Assembly (NCBI GenBank): GCA_041548245.1
Contig: JBFESZ010000002.1
Span: 1-64,000, forward strand
DNA from: Sulfurimonadaceae bacterium
GTDB lineage: Bacteria; Campylobacterota; Campylobacteria; Campylobacterales; Sulfurimonadaceae
DNA: 64,000 nt
Direction of reading: 5' to 3'
Numbering within the stretch: position 1 is the first letter of the stretch; each line of letters begins with the position of its first letter. This document shows, in pieces, positions 1 through 9,451 of this stretch. The notes under the pieces were generated by a model. That model was given only the letters and a program-made list of their open reading frames with translations, was not told the DNA's origin and did no database searches. A program made the translations under genes and the position numbers.

Positions 1-2
1 AA

Positions 3-239
3 AACATTAAAGCTGAGACCGAGTTTGATGTCATAAAAGAGGGGAAGAAGATCAAAAATCCTCAAACAAATATGATGATAACCTTGCCAGGTAAGAAAAT
101 AGCCAGTATCAAAGTCTTGATGAGCGTTGGTGACACTCCGGATTCTGAAGTCTCAATATGTAGTATTGTTGAGGGGGATCTTTCCGCCTACATCAAAGCA
201 AAAAAATATGACACGCTTTATATTCAAGAGAAAAAGTAA
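3..239 (+). CDS. C-terminal fragment of a probable CsgG/HfaB-family lipoprotein (truncated by the window start)
   Basis: Frame open from position 3 (NIKAETEFDVIKEGKKIKNPQTNMMITLPGKKIA...IQEKK*) to TAA 237-239. It lies directly upstream of DUF4810/DUF799-like lipoproteins, the usual CsgG-family context. Confidence 0.55.
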   Translation, partial: NIKAETEFDVIKEGKKIKNPQTNMMITLPGKKIASIKVLMSVGDTPDSEVSICSIVEGDLSAYIKAKKYDTLYIQEKK

Positions 240-248
240 GGAGAGGAA

Positions 249-551
249 ATGAAAAGGTTAGCGGCAATATTACTGACAGCAGTTTTTGTCTTTATGTCCG
301 GATGTGGGTATAAAGAAGGTGTTCAGTCGGAAGCACGTGTCTCATATCTCTATTTTTCCGGCAGTGCAAAAGGTGCGGTGGTCTATATTGATGAACAGGA
401 AGTATTTACCGTAGAAAAAGTTGGTCCGGATGAGCAGTATACGATTGCCCCGGGAAAACATCTGCTCGTTGTAAAAAAGGATGGTCAGACAGTTGTTAAA
501 CGAACACTTCTACTTTCTGATGGCATGGCCCAAGAGATATATGTTCCATAA
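249..551 (+). CDS. Small lipoprotein, PEGA/Ig-like beta domain
   Basis: RBS AGGAGAGG; lipobox MSGC; 'A.VYID...PGKH..VVKK' pattern. Confidence 0.65.
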   Translation: MKRLAAILLTAVFVFMSGCGYKEGVQSEARVSYLYFSGSAKGAVVYIDEQEVFTVEKVGPDEQYTIAPGKHLLVVKKDGQTVVKRTLLLSDGMAQEIYVP

Positions 552-569
552 TATAAGCAGGGGATTTGA

Positions 570-944
570 ATGAAAAAAGTTCTGTTGTTGTCTTTTCTGA
601 TCATAGGGTTTATTATCAGTGGCTGTTCGACGAAAAAACCGATGTACGAATATGCGGATTATTCGCAGACATATTATCAGTTAAAGCAAAATGGAGATGC
701 GCAAAGTACTGCCAAATGGAAGACAAGCTTGGAGGAGTCGATTGAAAAATCAAAGGCACTTTCCATTCGTGTCCCACCAGGGGTATATGCCAATTTAGGA
801 TATTTATATCTTAAAGTCAATGATACGCAAAAAGCAATTTCATTTTTTGAATCTGAAAAGGCTTTGTACCCTGAAGCGAGTCTCTTTATGGACAATCTGA
901 TTAAAAAAGCCGAGCTAATGCAAAAAGGGAATAAAGGGTCATGA
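570..944 (+). CDS. DUF4810-family lipoprotein (TPR-like)
   Basis: Lipobox ISGC; 'VPPGVYANLGYLY' and 'FESEKALYPEA' motifs. Confidence 0.8.
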   Translation: MKKVLLLSFLIIGFIISGCSTKKPMYEYADYSQTYYQLKQNGDAQSTAKWKTSLEESIEKSKALSIRVPPGVYANLGYLYLKVNDTQKAISFFESEKALYPEASLFMDNLIKKAELMQKGNKGS

Positions 945-1639
945 GAAGTATCATTAAATATATTATTTTTCCATTGTCCGCGCTGTTTTATTTCAGTGGA
1001 TGTGCAGGGCATCAGGTCGTTACAAAATCAGAAGAGTTTCCTGGTATGTATGAGGAGAAGCCAAAATCATTACTTGTTATGCCGCCTATGAACGAGAGTA
1101 CGGCGGCTGATGCAAAAGATTATTATGCAACGACCATAGAGATACCTTTGGCATTTCATGGGTTTTATGTTTTTCCTTATGAGATCACTTCGGATGTTTT
1201 AAAGCAACAGGGAATCTATGATGCTGAACTCTTATATAATATGCCTTTGAACAAGTTTTACGATTATTTCGGTGCTGATGCAGTATTGTTCACAAGGATA
1301 AAAAAATGGGATGTGGCTTACCTTGTCATTGCTTCTAGTCTAACAGTCTCCATTGATGCCGAGATCAGGTCGACACGTACCTCACGTGTCTTGTGGAAGT
1401 ATAATGGAACCGTAGTGGTTGACTTAAGCGGAGGAAATAGTAGCGGAGGTCTGGGTGGTCTGATTTTTGATGCAATCGCAACAGCAATTAATACGGCAGC
1501 CGCAGATTATACAACCTATGCCAAACAGGCAAATGGACGTTTTATTGGAAGTATGCCCTATGGTTATTATCATCCGGAATATTTAAAAGATCAAGGGGTG
1601 GAGATAGTTGATCAAACACCTGAAGAGGGGAATGATTAA
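941..1639 (+). CDS. DUF799/GNA1162-family lipoprotein
   Basis: Lipobox FSGC; 'KPKSLLVMPPMNES', 'FGADAVL', Gly-rich 'GGNSSGGLGG', 'MPYGYYHP'; ATGA overlap with the upstream gene. Confidence 0.8.
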   Translation: MRSIIKYIIFPLSALFYFSGCAGHQVVTKSEEFPGMYEEKPKSLLVMPPMNESTAADAKDYYATTIEIPLAFHGFYVFPYEITSDVLKQQGIYDAELLYNMPLNKFYDYFGADAVLFTRIKKWDVAYLVIASSLTVSIDAEIRSTRTSRVLWKYNGTVVVDLSGGNSSGGLGGLIFDAIATAINTAAADYTTYAKQANGRFIGSMPYGYYHPEYLKDQGVEIVDQTPEEGND

Positions 1640-1654
1640 AAGATATACAGCCGT

Positions 1655-3316
1655 TTAGGCTGTATATGCACGGTTCAATGCAGAAAATATAGCTTTGACA
1701 GAGGCGATAGAGATATGTGTGTCAACGCCGACACCATAAAAAGTATCACCTGATTCAGTCTGTACCTGAATATAAGCGATGGATTCAGCCGATGACTTTT
1801 CTCCATGAGTATGTTGGGTATAGTCTGTCAAAGAAAACTCATGGGGATACTCTCTTTCAATGGCATGCTTACAGGCATCGATCGGGCCATTTCCACTTCC
1901 GATAGATGTAATCTCTTTGCCGTTTAACATATAGCTCAATTCACATGTCACGGTATGATCTTTATTTGTCTGTGCCGTAAAATCAATCAGTCCTACATGC
2001 TCTTTGGGTTCAAGATAGGTCTTTTGAAATATTTCAAATATCTCATTTAACTCAAGTTCACGTCCCTCTTTGTCCGTTACAGCTTGAACGATCTTCCCGA
2101 TCTCGGGATGCATTTTTTTAGGGAGTGAGTAACCGTATTCCTCTTCCAACAGATAGGCGATACCACCTTTTCCGGATTGGGAGTTAATACGGATGATCCC
2201 TTCATAATTACGTCCTAAGTCGTCCGGGTCAATCGGCAGGTATGGGACTTCCCAAAAATCATCCTCTTTCGTGCGCTGATAAGCCAGCCCTTTATTGATG
2301 GCGTCCTGGTGTGAACCAGAAAAAGCCGTATAGACCAGTTCACCTACATAAGGGTGTCTTTCATGTGTTTTTATATCGGTACAACGCTCAACCACATCAA
2401 GTACCGTCGTGATATCTGAAAAGTCCAATTCAGGATCAAGCCCCTGGGTATACATATTAAGTGCCAAGGTGATGATGTCAACATTTCCAGTTCGTTCACC
2501 ATTGCTTAACAATGTACCCTCAACCCTATCCGCTCCAGCTAATAGAGCAAGTTCAGTTGCTGCGACCGAAGTACCTCTGTCATTATGGGTATGTGTTGAG
2601 ATCAGTATATACTCTCTATTGTCCAAATGGCGTCCCATCCATTCAATCTGATCGGCATAAACATTAGGGGTTGCCATCTCAACAGTCGCAGGAAGATTAA
2701 TAATGACCTTTCGATCTGGACCGACACCCCAAGCCGCAGTAACTGCATTGCAGATTCTTGCGGCAAAATCAAGTTCTGTTCCTGTAAAACTCTCAGGAGA
2801 ATACTCTAACGATATTTTCCCGTCATGCATAGCTTCGTATTTTTTGACCAGTGCTACACCTTCTAGGGCAAGGTCGATAATCTCTTCCTGAGACTTTTGA
2901 AAAACAATCTTTCTCTGTGCCGTAGAGGTTGAGTTGTAAAGATGCACGATGGCATGTTTGACACCTTTTAACGATTCAAAGGTACGTTCTATCAAATGTT
3001 CACGCGCCTGAACAAGTACCTGGATAGTGACATCATCAGGAATCAGCTCTTGCTCAACAAGTGCCCGTAAAAAGTCAAACTCGACTTGTGATGCTGAGGG
3101 AAAACCGACTTCTATGTGTTTGAAACCAAGTTTGATAAGGAGTTTGTACAGTTCGAGTTTTTGGTCCATGTTCATAGGTGTAATCAATGCCTGATTACCA
3201 TCGCGTAGGTCTACGCTACACCAGATTGGTGCTTTTTCTATTACCTTGTTAGGCCACTCTCTATTAGGTAAATCGACCTGTGGATAAGGACGATATTTTC
3301 GTACAAATTCCTTCAT
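1655..3316 (-). CDS. leuA: 2-isopropylmalate synthase, LeuA2 (yeast Leu4/actinobacterial) type
   Basis: 'WCSVDLRDGNQAL', 'YSPESF', 'HTHNDRG', 'HQDAI', 'IRINSQSGKGG'; C-terminal regulatory domain 'GNGPIDA'. Confidence 0.95.
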   Translation of the reverse strand: MKEFVRKYRPYPQVDLPNREWPNKVIEKAPIWCSVDLRDGNQALITPMNMDQKLELYKLLIKLGFKHIEVGFPSASQVEFDFLRALVEQELIPDDVTIQVLVQAREHLIERTFESLKGVKHAIVHLYNSTSTAQRKIVFQKSQEEIIDLALEGVALVKKYEAMHDGKISLEYSPESFTGTELDFAARICNAVTAAWGVGPDRKVIINLPATVEMATPNVYADQIEWMGRHLDNREYILISTHTHNDRGTSVAATELALLAGADRVEGTLLSNGERTGNVDIITLALNMYTQGLDPELDFSDITTVLDVVERCTDIKTHERHPYVGELVYTAFSGSHQDAINKGLAYQRTKEDDFWEVPYLPIDPDDLGRNYEGIIRINSQSGKGGIAYLLEEEYGYSLPKKMHPEIGKIVQAVTDKEGRELELNEIFEIFQKTYLEPKEHVGLIDFTAQTNKDHTVTCELSYMLNGKEITSIGSGNGPIDACKHAIEREYPHEFSLTDYTQHTHGEKSSAESIAYIQVQTESGDTFYGVGVDTHISIASVKAIFSALNRAYTA

Positions 3317-3390
3317 AAGGATCCCTTAAAATCTTGCAAATTATGTTTTGCAGTAAACTCGAATTTCAATAGAGGACTATTGATATCGGA

Positions 3391-3399
3391 ATTATAGCA
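3391..3399 (-). promoter_or_regulatory. Extended -10 sigma70 promoter for leuA
   Basis: TGcTATAAT on the minus strand, ~75 nt upstream of the leuA ATG. Confidence 0.6.
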
Positions 3400-3559
3400 A
3401 AAGAGCCTCGAAAAGACGATTGTAGAGAATATTATCAAGCAGGATGAAGGACATTTTAAGAAAAAATCTTCAAAATCGTGGGGAGATTAAGTAAATCTTT
3501 TCTACATAGACCTGCTTTGTAATATAATAAAGAAGAGATAAATTTTTAAAGGCAATTTG

Positions 3560-4894
3560 ATGAAAATCATCATTATCGGCGGGATTGCTGCGGGAATGAG
3601 CGCTGCAGCAAAGGCAAGGCGGATTAATAAAGAGGCAGAGATTATTGTATATGAGATGGGGGATATTATTTCTTTCGGGGCCTGTGGCTTGCCTTATTTT
3701 GTTGGGGACTTTTTTCAAAACCCTAACTGGATGATTGCTCGTAAAGTAGAGCGAATGCAAGATGAGGGGGTGGATGTAAAGATACGTCATCAGGTAGTTC
3801 GTGTCAATGCTGAAGAAAAAAGGATTGAGGTGAAAAACCTACAATCAAATGAGATATTTGAAACATCCTATGACAAGCTTATGATAGCGACAGGTGCTAA
3901 TGTTGTGAAACCTCCTTTTGAAAACATCGGTCTAGGACATATTTTTACCTTAAGCAAGATGGACGATGGCAAACGACTTAAAGAGATTGCTATGTCTGAT
4001 AGCATTAAAGATGTTACGATTATTGGGGCAGGTTTTATCGGTGTGGAAGTAGTAGAAGCTATGAAAAAACTGGGCAAACATGTACGTGTGATCCAAAGAG
4101 GCGATAGGATTTTCAACCGTATTTTTGATGAACGTATTACCGATTTGATGCAGCAGGAGCTGTTGGATCATGGCATCGAACTGGTCTTGAATGAAGGGGT
4201 GCAGGGCTTTGATGGTGATGGGAAAGTACAAAGGGTCAAAACGGATAAGGCAGAGTATTCAACAGACTTGGTGGTGATTGCTACCGGTTTTAAACCTAAT
4301 ACCTCATTTTTGGAAGGCAGTGGTATAGAGATGCTAAAAAACGGTGCAATTGTGGTAAATAAACGGGGTGAAACCAATGTTAAAGATATTTATGCTGCTG
4401 GTGACTGTGCTACAGTACCACATATGATAGATAATGTTGATGTCTACATCCCTTTAGCAACAGGAGCGAATAAACTTGGACGTGTCGCAGGAGAAAATAT
4501 GGCTGGTGGTAATGCTATGTATCTCGGATCATTAGGCTCGGCTTGTGTAAAAGTAATGGATTATGAGGCAGCAGTAACCGGTTTGAATGAAGAACAGGCT
4601 AAAGTTCGTGGGATAGAGTGTTCGAGTGTCTTTGTCAAGGATAAAAACCAAGCAGGGTATTACCCTAATCAGCAAGACATCTATATCAAATTGGTCTATG
4701 AGACAAAATCTAAAGTGATTATTGGAGGTGAAACTTTAGGTAAAAATGGGGCTGGTCTGCGCATCGATGTTATAGCAATGGCGATTCGTGCGAAAATGAC
4801 AACAGCGGAACTTGGGATGATGGATTTTTGTTACTCCCCACCAATTTCAAAGACTTGGGATGCTTTGAATGTGGCAGGAAATGTCGCCAAGTAA
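3560..4894 (+). CDS. CoA-disulfide reductase / NADH oxidase family flavoprotein
   Basis: 'IIGGIAAGMSAA', single redox Cys 'SFGACGLPY', 'IGAGFIGVE', 'IYAAGDC', C-terminal 'YSPP'. Confidence 0.85.
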   Translation: MKIIIIGGIAAGMSAAAKARRINKEAEIIVYEMGDIISFGACGLPYFVGDFFQNPNWMIARKVERMQDEGVDVKIRHQVVRVNAEEKRIEVKNLQSNEIFETSYDKLMIATGANVVKPPFENIGLGHIFTLSKMDDGKRLKEIAMSDSIKDVTIIGAGFIGVEVVEAMKKLGKHVRVIQRGDRIFNRIFDERITDLMQQELLDHGIELVLNEGVQGFDGDGKVQRVKTDKAEYSTDLVVIATGFKPNTSFLEGSGIEMLKNGAIVVNKRGETNVKDIYAAGDCATVPHMIDNVDVYIPLATGANKLGRVAGENMAGGNAMYLGSLGSACVKVMDYEAAVTGLNEEQAKVRGIECSSVFVKDKNQAGYYPNQQDIYIKLVYETKSKVIIGGETLGKNGAGLRIDVIAMAIRAKMTTAELGMMDFCYSPPISKTWDALNVAGNVAK

Positions 4895-5167
4895 TTAGGC
4901 AAAGATATCGTTATCAGGATGTTTCTCTTGATACTTGACGATATATGAGCATTGGGCTACAGCTTTTTTACCGTCTTTTCTAATCTGCTCAAGTACATCT
5001 TCTAAAAGCTCTTTAGCTAGACCTTTACCAGCCAGGGCATCGGGAACGATTGTGTGCGTAAGATGCATATTCCCGTCTTGATCATCATAAGTGATATAAG
5101 CGATGTGTCCATCAATATGGTATTCATATTTACATTCATCTGCATTGTGTATGAGTGTGTTTGCCAT
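4895..5167 (-). CDS. Small GNAT acetyltransferase (YjdJ-like)
   Basis: 'HTIVPDALAGKGLA...AQCSY' motif; 90 aa; RBS AAGGA. Confidence 0.85.
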   Translation of the reverse strand: MANTLIHNADECKYEYHIDGHIAYITYDDQDGNMHLTHTIVPDALAGKGLAKELLEDVLEQIRKDGKKAVAQCSYIVKYQEKHPDNDIFA

Positions 5168-5217
5168 GGTTAATCCTTATCGGAGAATTTTTAAGTTTTT
5201 AAATAGAACATGTAATT

Positions 5218-5826
5218 CTAGCATTTTTTAAATAGAGCGCGAAACTTTAGCGTTGACAGCTCACTCTCTTCGGCAAAAATGCTAAATTCCAGTTCATCAC
5301 AACCGTGGTTACCAAACAGACGTAGCTCATTGTAAGTCAGAGGCCAAGGGGGTCCATTATAGACCTCTCCCTCTCTTTTACCATTCGCAACGACCAAAGC
5401 TTTGGCATGGGGTGCCATTAAAGAAGTGATAGCCTGAATCGTTTTATCTCTAAAGGCAAGCGGGATAGATTGTATAGTCCGTGATTCAAAGATAAAATCA
5501 TATTGGCCCAACATCTCTTGTGGCAGGTCAAAGATGTCTTGAACTCTAAAATCCACATTGGTATAATCAAATCTTTGTTTACACCATGTTATAGCTGTTT
5601 GTGAGACATCTATAGCCGTTACGTCAAATCCCGCTTCTTCCAAAGCGACAGCATCATCCCCTAAACCACATCCGATAACGATGGCTTTACCCTCACCGAT
5701 ATGTTGTTGCAGGTATTCAGTCAGGTATTCATTAGTCTGCATTCTGGCCCAGGGGATCTTTTTTTCATCTCCCTGGCTCTGCTTGTAGATGCTTTCAAAA
5801 AAGTCATTGTTTTTGTCTATGGACAT
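5218..5826 (-). CDS. Class I SAM methyltransferase, TPMT/thiol-methyltransferase-like
   Basis: 'VIGCGLGDDA', 'IPW', 'DIFDLP', 'GPPWPL'. Confidence 0.75.
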   Translation of the reverse strand: MSIDKNNDFFESIYKQSQGDEKKIPWARMQTNEYLTEYLQQHIGEGKAIVIGCGLGDDAVALEEAGFDVTAIDVSQTAITWCKQRFDYTNVDFRVQDIFDLPQEMLGQYDFIFESRTIQSIPLAFRDKTIQAITSLMAPHAKALVVANGKREGEVYNGPPWPLTYNELRLFGNHGCDELEFSIFAEESELSTLKFRALFKKC

Positions 5827-5865
5827 ATTGGCTCCTATACTAGGCTCTATATATGGAATAATCAG

Positions 5866-6864
5866 TTACTTCTCAGACAGAGGGGGTGTGTTGGATGCAA
5901 GCTGAAGAAGAAAGCAAGCGCCCTGGGGGGTGTTTTTAACAGAGAGGTTTCCTCCAAGTTTTTGTGCGATCTGCATACTCATGTACAGACCGATCCCCGT
6001 CCCTTTACCCTCTTCTTTGGTCGTGACCTCAGGTTTGAAAATGTCAGGCAGTACATCTTCAGGTATCCCGCCGGCATTATCCTCGATTTCCAGGTTGATG
6101 CGATTGTCTCTTTTGTAAAAGCGGATACTAATGTCTCGCTTACCTCTGTTGCGTTCATTGAACGCATCCTTGGCATTATTGATAATATTCAAGACAAGGT
6201 GTTTAAACTCATTTTCGATTCCATATATGAGTATCTCTTGGGTACTTTGGATATGAATATTGATATTGTTCTTTAGAAACTCATCATTGACAAGTAACAT
6301 AACGGACTGGACACAACGTTTGATGCCAAAACTTTTAAACTCTTTGTTTGGCCTGAAGAAGGTCCTGAACTCTTGAAGAGTATTGACCATGTGTTCAATT
6401 TGACCCTGGATACCATCGGTCAGCTCGTCAATATAGGACTGATCGACATCACCTCTGCGGAAGTCATCTTTGAGCATATCACTCATCAGCGAGAGTGCAT
6501 TTAAGGGTTGCTTCCATTGATGGGCGACGGCATCCATCATCTCACCCATAGCCGCCATCTTGGCTTGCTGTTCGTATATTTTGTAACTGGCTTCTTTGAG
6601 TGCTATTTCCTCTTCGATACGCTGTTCAAGGTTGTTCTTATGCTCTTCAAGTTCATAACGGCTCTCTTCAAGTTCTTTTTGACGTTTGTCATAACGTTTG
6701 AGAAAGACATCAAGCAGAATGTCCAGATCCGCTCTGTGAGGAGAATGCGCACTTTTTCTGACGGCATCAAGCAGTTCGGTTGTATTTAGATTTGCGTATT
6801 CGCCCTGCGGGTTTTTACGTCGTTTTATCTGAGGAACCGGTTCTATAAAAGGATTTGTCAACAT
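5866..6864 (-). CDS. Soluble sensor histidine kinase (coiled coil + HisKA + HATPase)
   Basis: H-box 'AHQWKQPL', N-box 'NIINNAKDA', 'EDNAGGI', 'GTGIGLY'; no TM segments. Confidence 0.9.
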   Translation of the reverse strand: MLTNPFIEPVPQIKRRKNPQGEYANLNTTELLDAVRKSAHSPHRADLDILLDVFLKRYDKRQKELEESRYELEEHKNNLEQRIEEEIALKEASYKIYEQQAKMAAMGEMMDAVAHQWKQPLNALSLMSDMLKDDFRRGDVDQSYIDELTDGIQGQIEHMVNTLQEFRTFFRPNKEFKSFGIKRCVQSVMLLVNDEFLKNNINIHIQSTQEILIYGIENEFKHLVLNIINNAKDAFNERNRGKRDISIRFYKRDNRINLEIEDNAGGIPEDVLPDIFKPEVTTKEEGKGTGIGLYMSMQIAQKLGGNLSVKNTPQGACFLLQLASNTPPLSEK

Positions 6865-6924
6865 TAGAAGAGATTATAACAAAAATTAAATAAATGAGAA
6901 TAAAAAAAAGAAGAGGAAACGTGT

Positions 6925-6941
6925 GGCGGGATAATCCCGCC
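6925..6941 (-). terminator. Hairpin terminator after glnA
   Basis: GGCGGGAT-t-ATCCCGCC just after the glnA stop, followed by a pyrimidine/T-rich tract on the minus strand. Confidence 0.6.
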
Positions 6942-6945
6942 TTTA

Positions 6946-8376
6946 TTAACACTGGTACGTAGTTTTAAACTCGTAAGCCGTTGGACGACCTTCATCTGGC
7001 CAGATTTGGCGCTCGAATTGATAGTGCTGGTAATCATTGATAAAGTCTTTCGTAAATACCGGTTTAAGGAAGTCGTTATCAGCGATAAGCCCTTCAACAG
7101 CTTCACGTAGAGTGTGTGGCATTTGGACAATACCTTTTTCACGGATTTCATCTAGAGAAAGTTCGAAAAGGTCGATATCCATTGGACCAACAGGGATATA
7201 TTTGTTTGCAATACCGTCAAGACCAGCCATCATCATTGCAGCGAATGCAAGGTACGGACAAGCTGAAGAGTCAGGGAAACGCATCTCAACACGAGTAGCT
7301 TTCTCACCTGCACCGTAAGGGATACGGCAAGAAGCTGAACGGTTTTGAGAAGAATAAGTCAAGATACTTGGAGCTTCAAATCCAGGTAGCAAACGTTTGT
7401 AAGAGTTTGTTGACGGGTTTGTAAACGCAGCGATTGCTGCAGCGTGTTTAAAGATACCGCCAACATAGTGAAGTGCCATCTCAGAAAGGTTTCCATATTC
7501 GCCTTCTTTATAGAACAGGTTTTTACCGTCTTTCCATAGTGATTGATGAACGTGCATACCGTTACCATTGTCACCGAAAAGCGGTTTTGGCATGAATGTA
7601 GCAGTTTTGCCGTTTAGGTGTGCTACCATTTTTACAACATATTTATATTTTTGAACGTTGTCAGCCGCACCGATGATATCAGAGAAAACAATACCGATCT
7701 CACCTTGACCTTGAGCAACTTCGTGGTGACCAAGAACAACTTCAAGACCCACTTGCTCTAGTACAAGCATCATTTCCGCACGTAGATCAACCATAGAGTC
7801 TGTCGGAGCTACTGGGAAATAACCACCTTTGGTACCTGGTCTGTGAGCATGGTTGTATAGGTCGTCATAAGTAGTGTTTGAGTTCCAGTCCCCCTCTTCA
7901 GTGTCAATTTTGTAACCAGCTTCATTCATCGTGTCGATATATTTTACATCGTCAAAAATAAAGAATTCATTTTCAGGTCCAAAATATGCAGCGTCGGCAA
8001 TACCAAGTGCATCAGCATGTTCTAAAGTTTTTTTAGCGATCGAACGTGGACATTTCTCATAAAGTTGACCTTTATAGATGTCATAAACGTCACAGAAAAG
8101 GATGATGGTAGGATCAGCAGTAAAAGGGTCCAAGAAGGCTGTTGGAACATCCGGTTTTAGAAGCATATCTGATTTGTTGATTGGCTGCCATGCTTCGATA
8201 GATGAACCGTCAAACGGAAGACCATTATTCAAAAGATCAGCACTTACAGCACTCATTCTGTAAGTTACGTGGTGCCATGCACCTTTAAGGTCTGTAAATC
8301 TAAAGTCTACGAATTGAACATCATTTTCTTCACAATATTTAAAGAATTCATCTGTACTATTGACAAATTTTCCCAT
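6946..8376 (-). CDS. glnA: Glutamine synthetase type I
   Basis: 'FDGSS', 'HHEVA', '[17 protein letters not shown]', 'NRSASCRIP', 'RVEMRFPD'. Confidence 0.98.
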   Translation of the reverse strand: MGKFVNSTDEFFKYCEENDVQFVDFRFTDLKGAWHHVTYRMSAVSADLLNNGLPFDGSSIEAWQPINKSDMLLKPDVPTAFLDPFTADPTIILFCDVYDIYKGQLYEKCPRSIAKKTLEHADALGIADAAYFGPENEFFIFDDVKYIDTMNEAGYKIDTEEGDWNSNTTYDDLYNHAHRPGTKGGYFPVAPTDSMVDLRAEMMLVLEQVGLEVVLGHHEVAQGQGEIGIVFSDIIGAADNVQKYKYVVKMVAHLNGKTATFMPKPLFGDNGNGMHVHQSLWKDGKNLFYKEGEYGNLSEMALHYVGGIFKHAAAIAAFTNPSTNSYKRLLPGFEAPSILTYSSQNRSASCRIPYGAGEKATRVEMRFPDSSACPYLAFAAMMMAGLDGIANKYIPVGPMDIDLFELSLDEIREKGIVQMPHTLREAVEGLIADNDFLKPVFTKDFINDYQHYQFERQIWPDEGRPTAYEFKTTYQC

Positions 8377-8444
8377 GTGTGTTTCTCCTGGAAGTTTTAT
8401 TAGTAGAAGTATATCAGAGTTGTTTTGAATTTACAGAGAGGTTT

Positions 8445-8461
8445 TGATTAAAAATTAATCA
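8445..8461. promoter_or_regulatory. Perfect palindrome TGATTAA-N3-TTAATCA upstream of the glnA promoter; candidate regulator site
   Basis: Inverted repeat ~30-45 nt upstream of TGaTATACT (minus strand, ~8409-8417). Confidence 0.45.
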
Positions 8462-8568
8462 TTAGACCCGGATGTTTCATATAGTAAGGTCTAAAAAAGA
8501 GTGTTTTGAAAAATATAGTGATAAAAAATAAATCACTTCTATGCTGTTATTTTACACAGACGAATTAT

Positions 8569-9348
8569 TTAAAAACCAACCATATAGCGTTTTCGCTTCT
8601 TAAAATAGGCACACTGGGTATACCCGATTTCTCTTGCGAAGGCTTCGATCTCTTTTCTGTATAGGCCGACTTGCTCGGGTTTGTGCGCATCCGAAGCAAA
8701 GGTAATAGGTATATCCAGCTCAAAGGCACGCTGTAAAAGGGGTTTCGAAGGATAAGGCTCTGCGCAAGGTTTTCTATATCCCGCAACGTTCAACTCTAAG
8801 ACCATATCCGCTTCTTTGATGGCTTGCAAGGCTTCCTCAGCAATAGATACGATGTGCTTTGTCGGCATAAACTTAAATACTTTAATAAGGTCTAAATGAC
8901 CTACGATGTCAAAATGTCCTGTCTTGGCCATATCTCGGATAAGATCAAAGTACTCCTGCCATATCTGATCTATATCGGCATGCTCATAATGACCTATGAA
9001 CTCGGGGTTGTCAAAGCCCCACTTGTCAATAAAATGAGCAGACCCTATAAGATAATCGACATCTGCTTCAAGAACGCGTTTATCCATATACCCCGGTAGA
9101 TAGTCGACTTCATAGGCAAAAAGCACATCAATTTTGTCTTCATATTTTTTTTGGACATGTCTGACCATATCTTGATACTCATTCATCTGTTCAAAAGACA
9201 TCCGGTATCCGGGATCAAACTCCATTGGTGCGTGATCGGAAACTCCATATTTATCAATACCGTTAGCGATAGCAGCTTCAATATACTGGGATAGTTCTCC
9301 TTCGGCATGATTGCATAAAACAGTATGGTTGTGAAGATCGACTTTCAT
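8569..9348 (-). CDS. hisJ: Histidinol-phosphatase, PHP/HisJ family
   Basis: 'DLHNHT..CNHA', 'SDHAP', 'GHLDLIK', 'ASDAH'. Confidence 0.88.
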   Translation of the reverse strand: MKVDLHNHTVLCNHAEGELSQYIEAAIANGIDKYGVSDHAPMEFDPGYRMSFEQMNEYQDMVRHVQKKYEDKIDVLFAYEVDYLPGYMDKRVLEADVDYLIGSAHFIDKWGFDNPEFIGHYEHADIDQIWQEYFDLIRDMAKTGHFDIVGHLDLIKVFKFMPTKHIVSIAEEALQAIKEADMVLELNVAGYRKPCAEPYPSKPLLQRAFELDIPITFASDAHKPEQVGLYRKEIEAFAREIGYTQCAYFKKRKRYMVGF

Positions 9349-9451
9349 AGCTTTTCCGATTTTAGAAATTATATTTAAAAGGAATTATATATTAACTTGT
9401 CTATAATCCAATAAAGCGATTAATTTAATTGAATATTTGTTGGAGAAGTTC

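Noticed and set aside
3421-3517. Crossed inverted repeats (TGTAGA/TCTACA, AAGCAGG/CCTGCTT)
   Set aside because: Short, non-nested and plausible by chance
5701-6276. 191-aa plus-strand ORF, and the many other short ORFs overlapping assigned genes
   Set aside because: Antisense or out-of-frame shadows of well-supported genes, with no motifs
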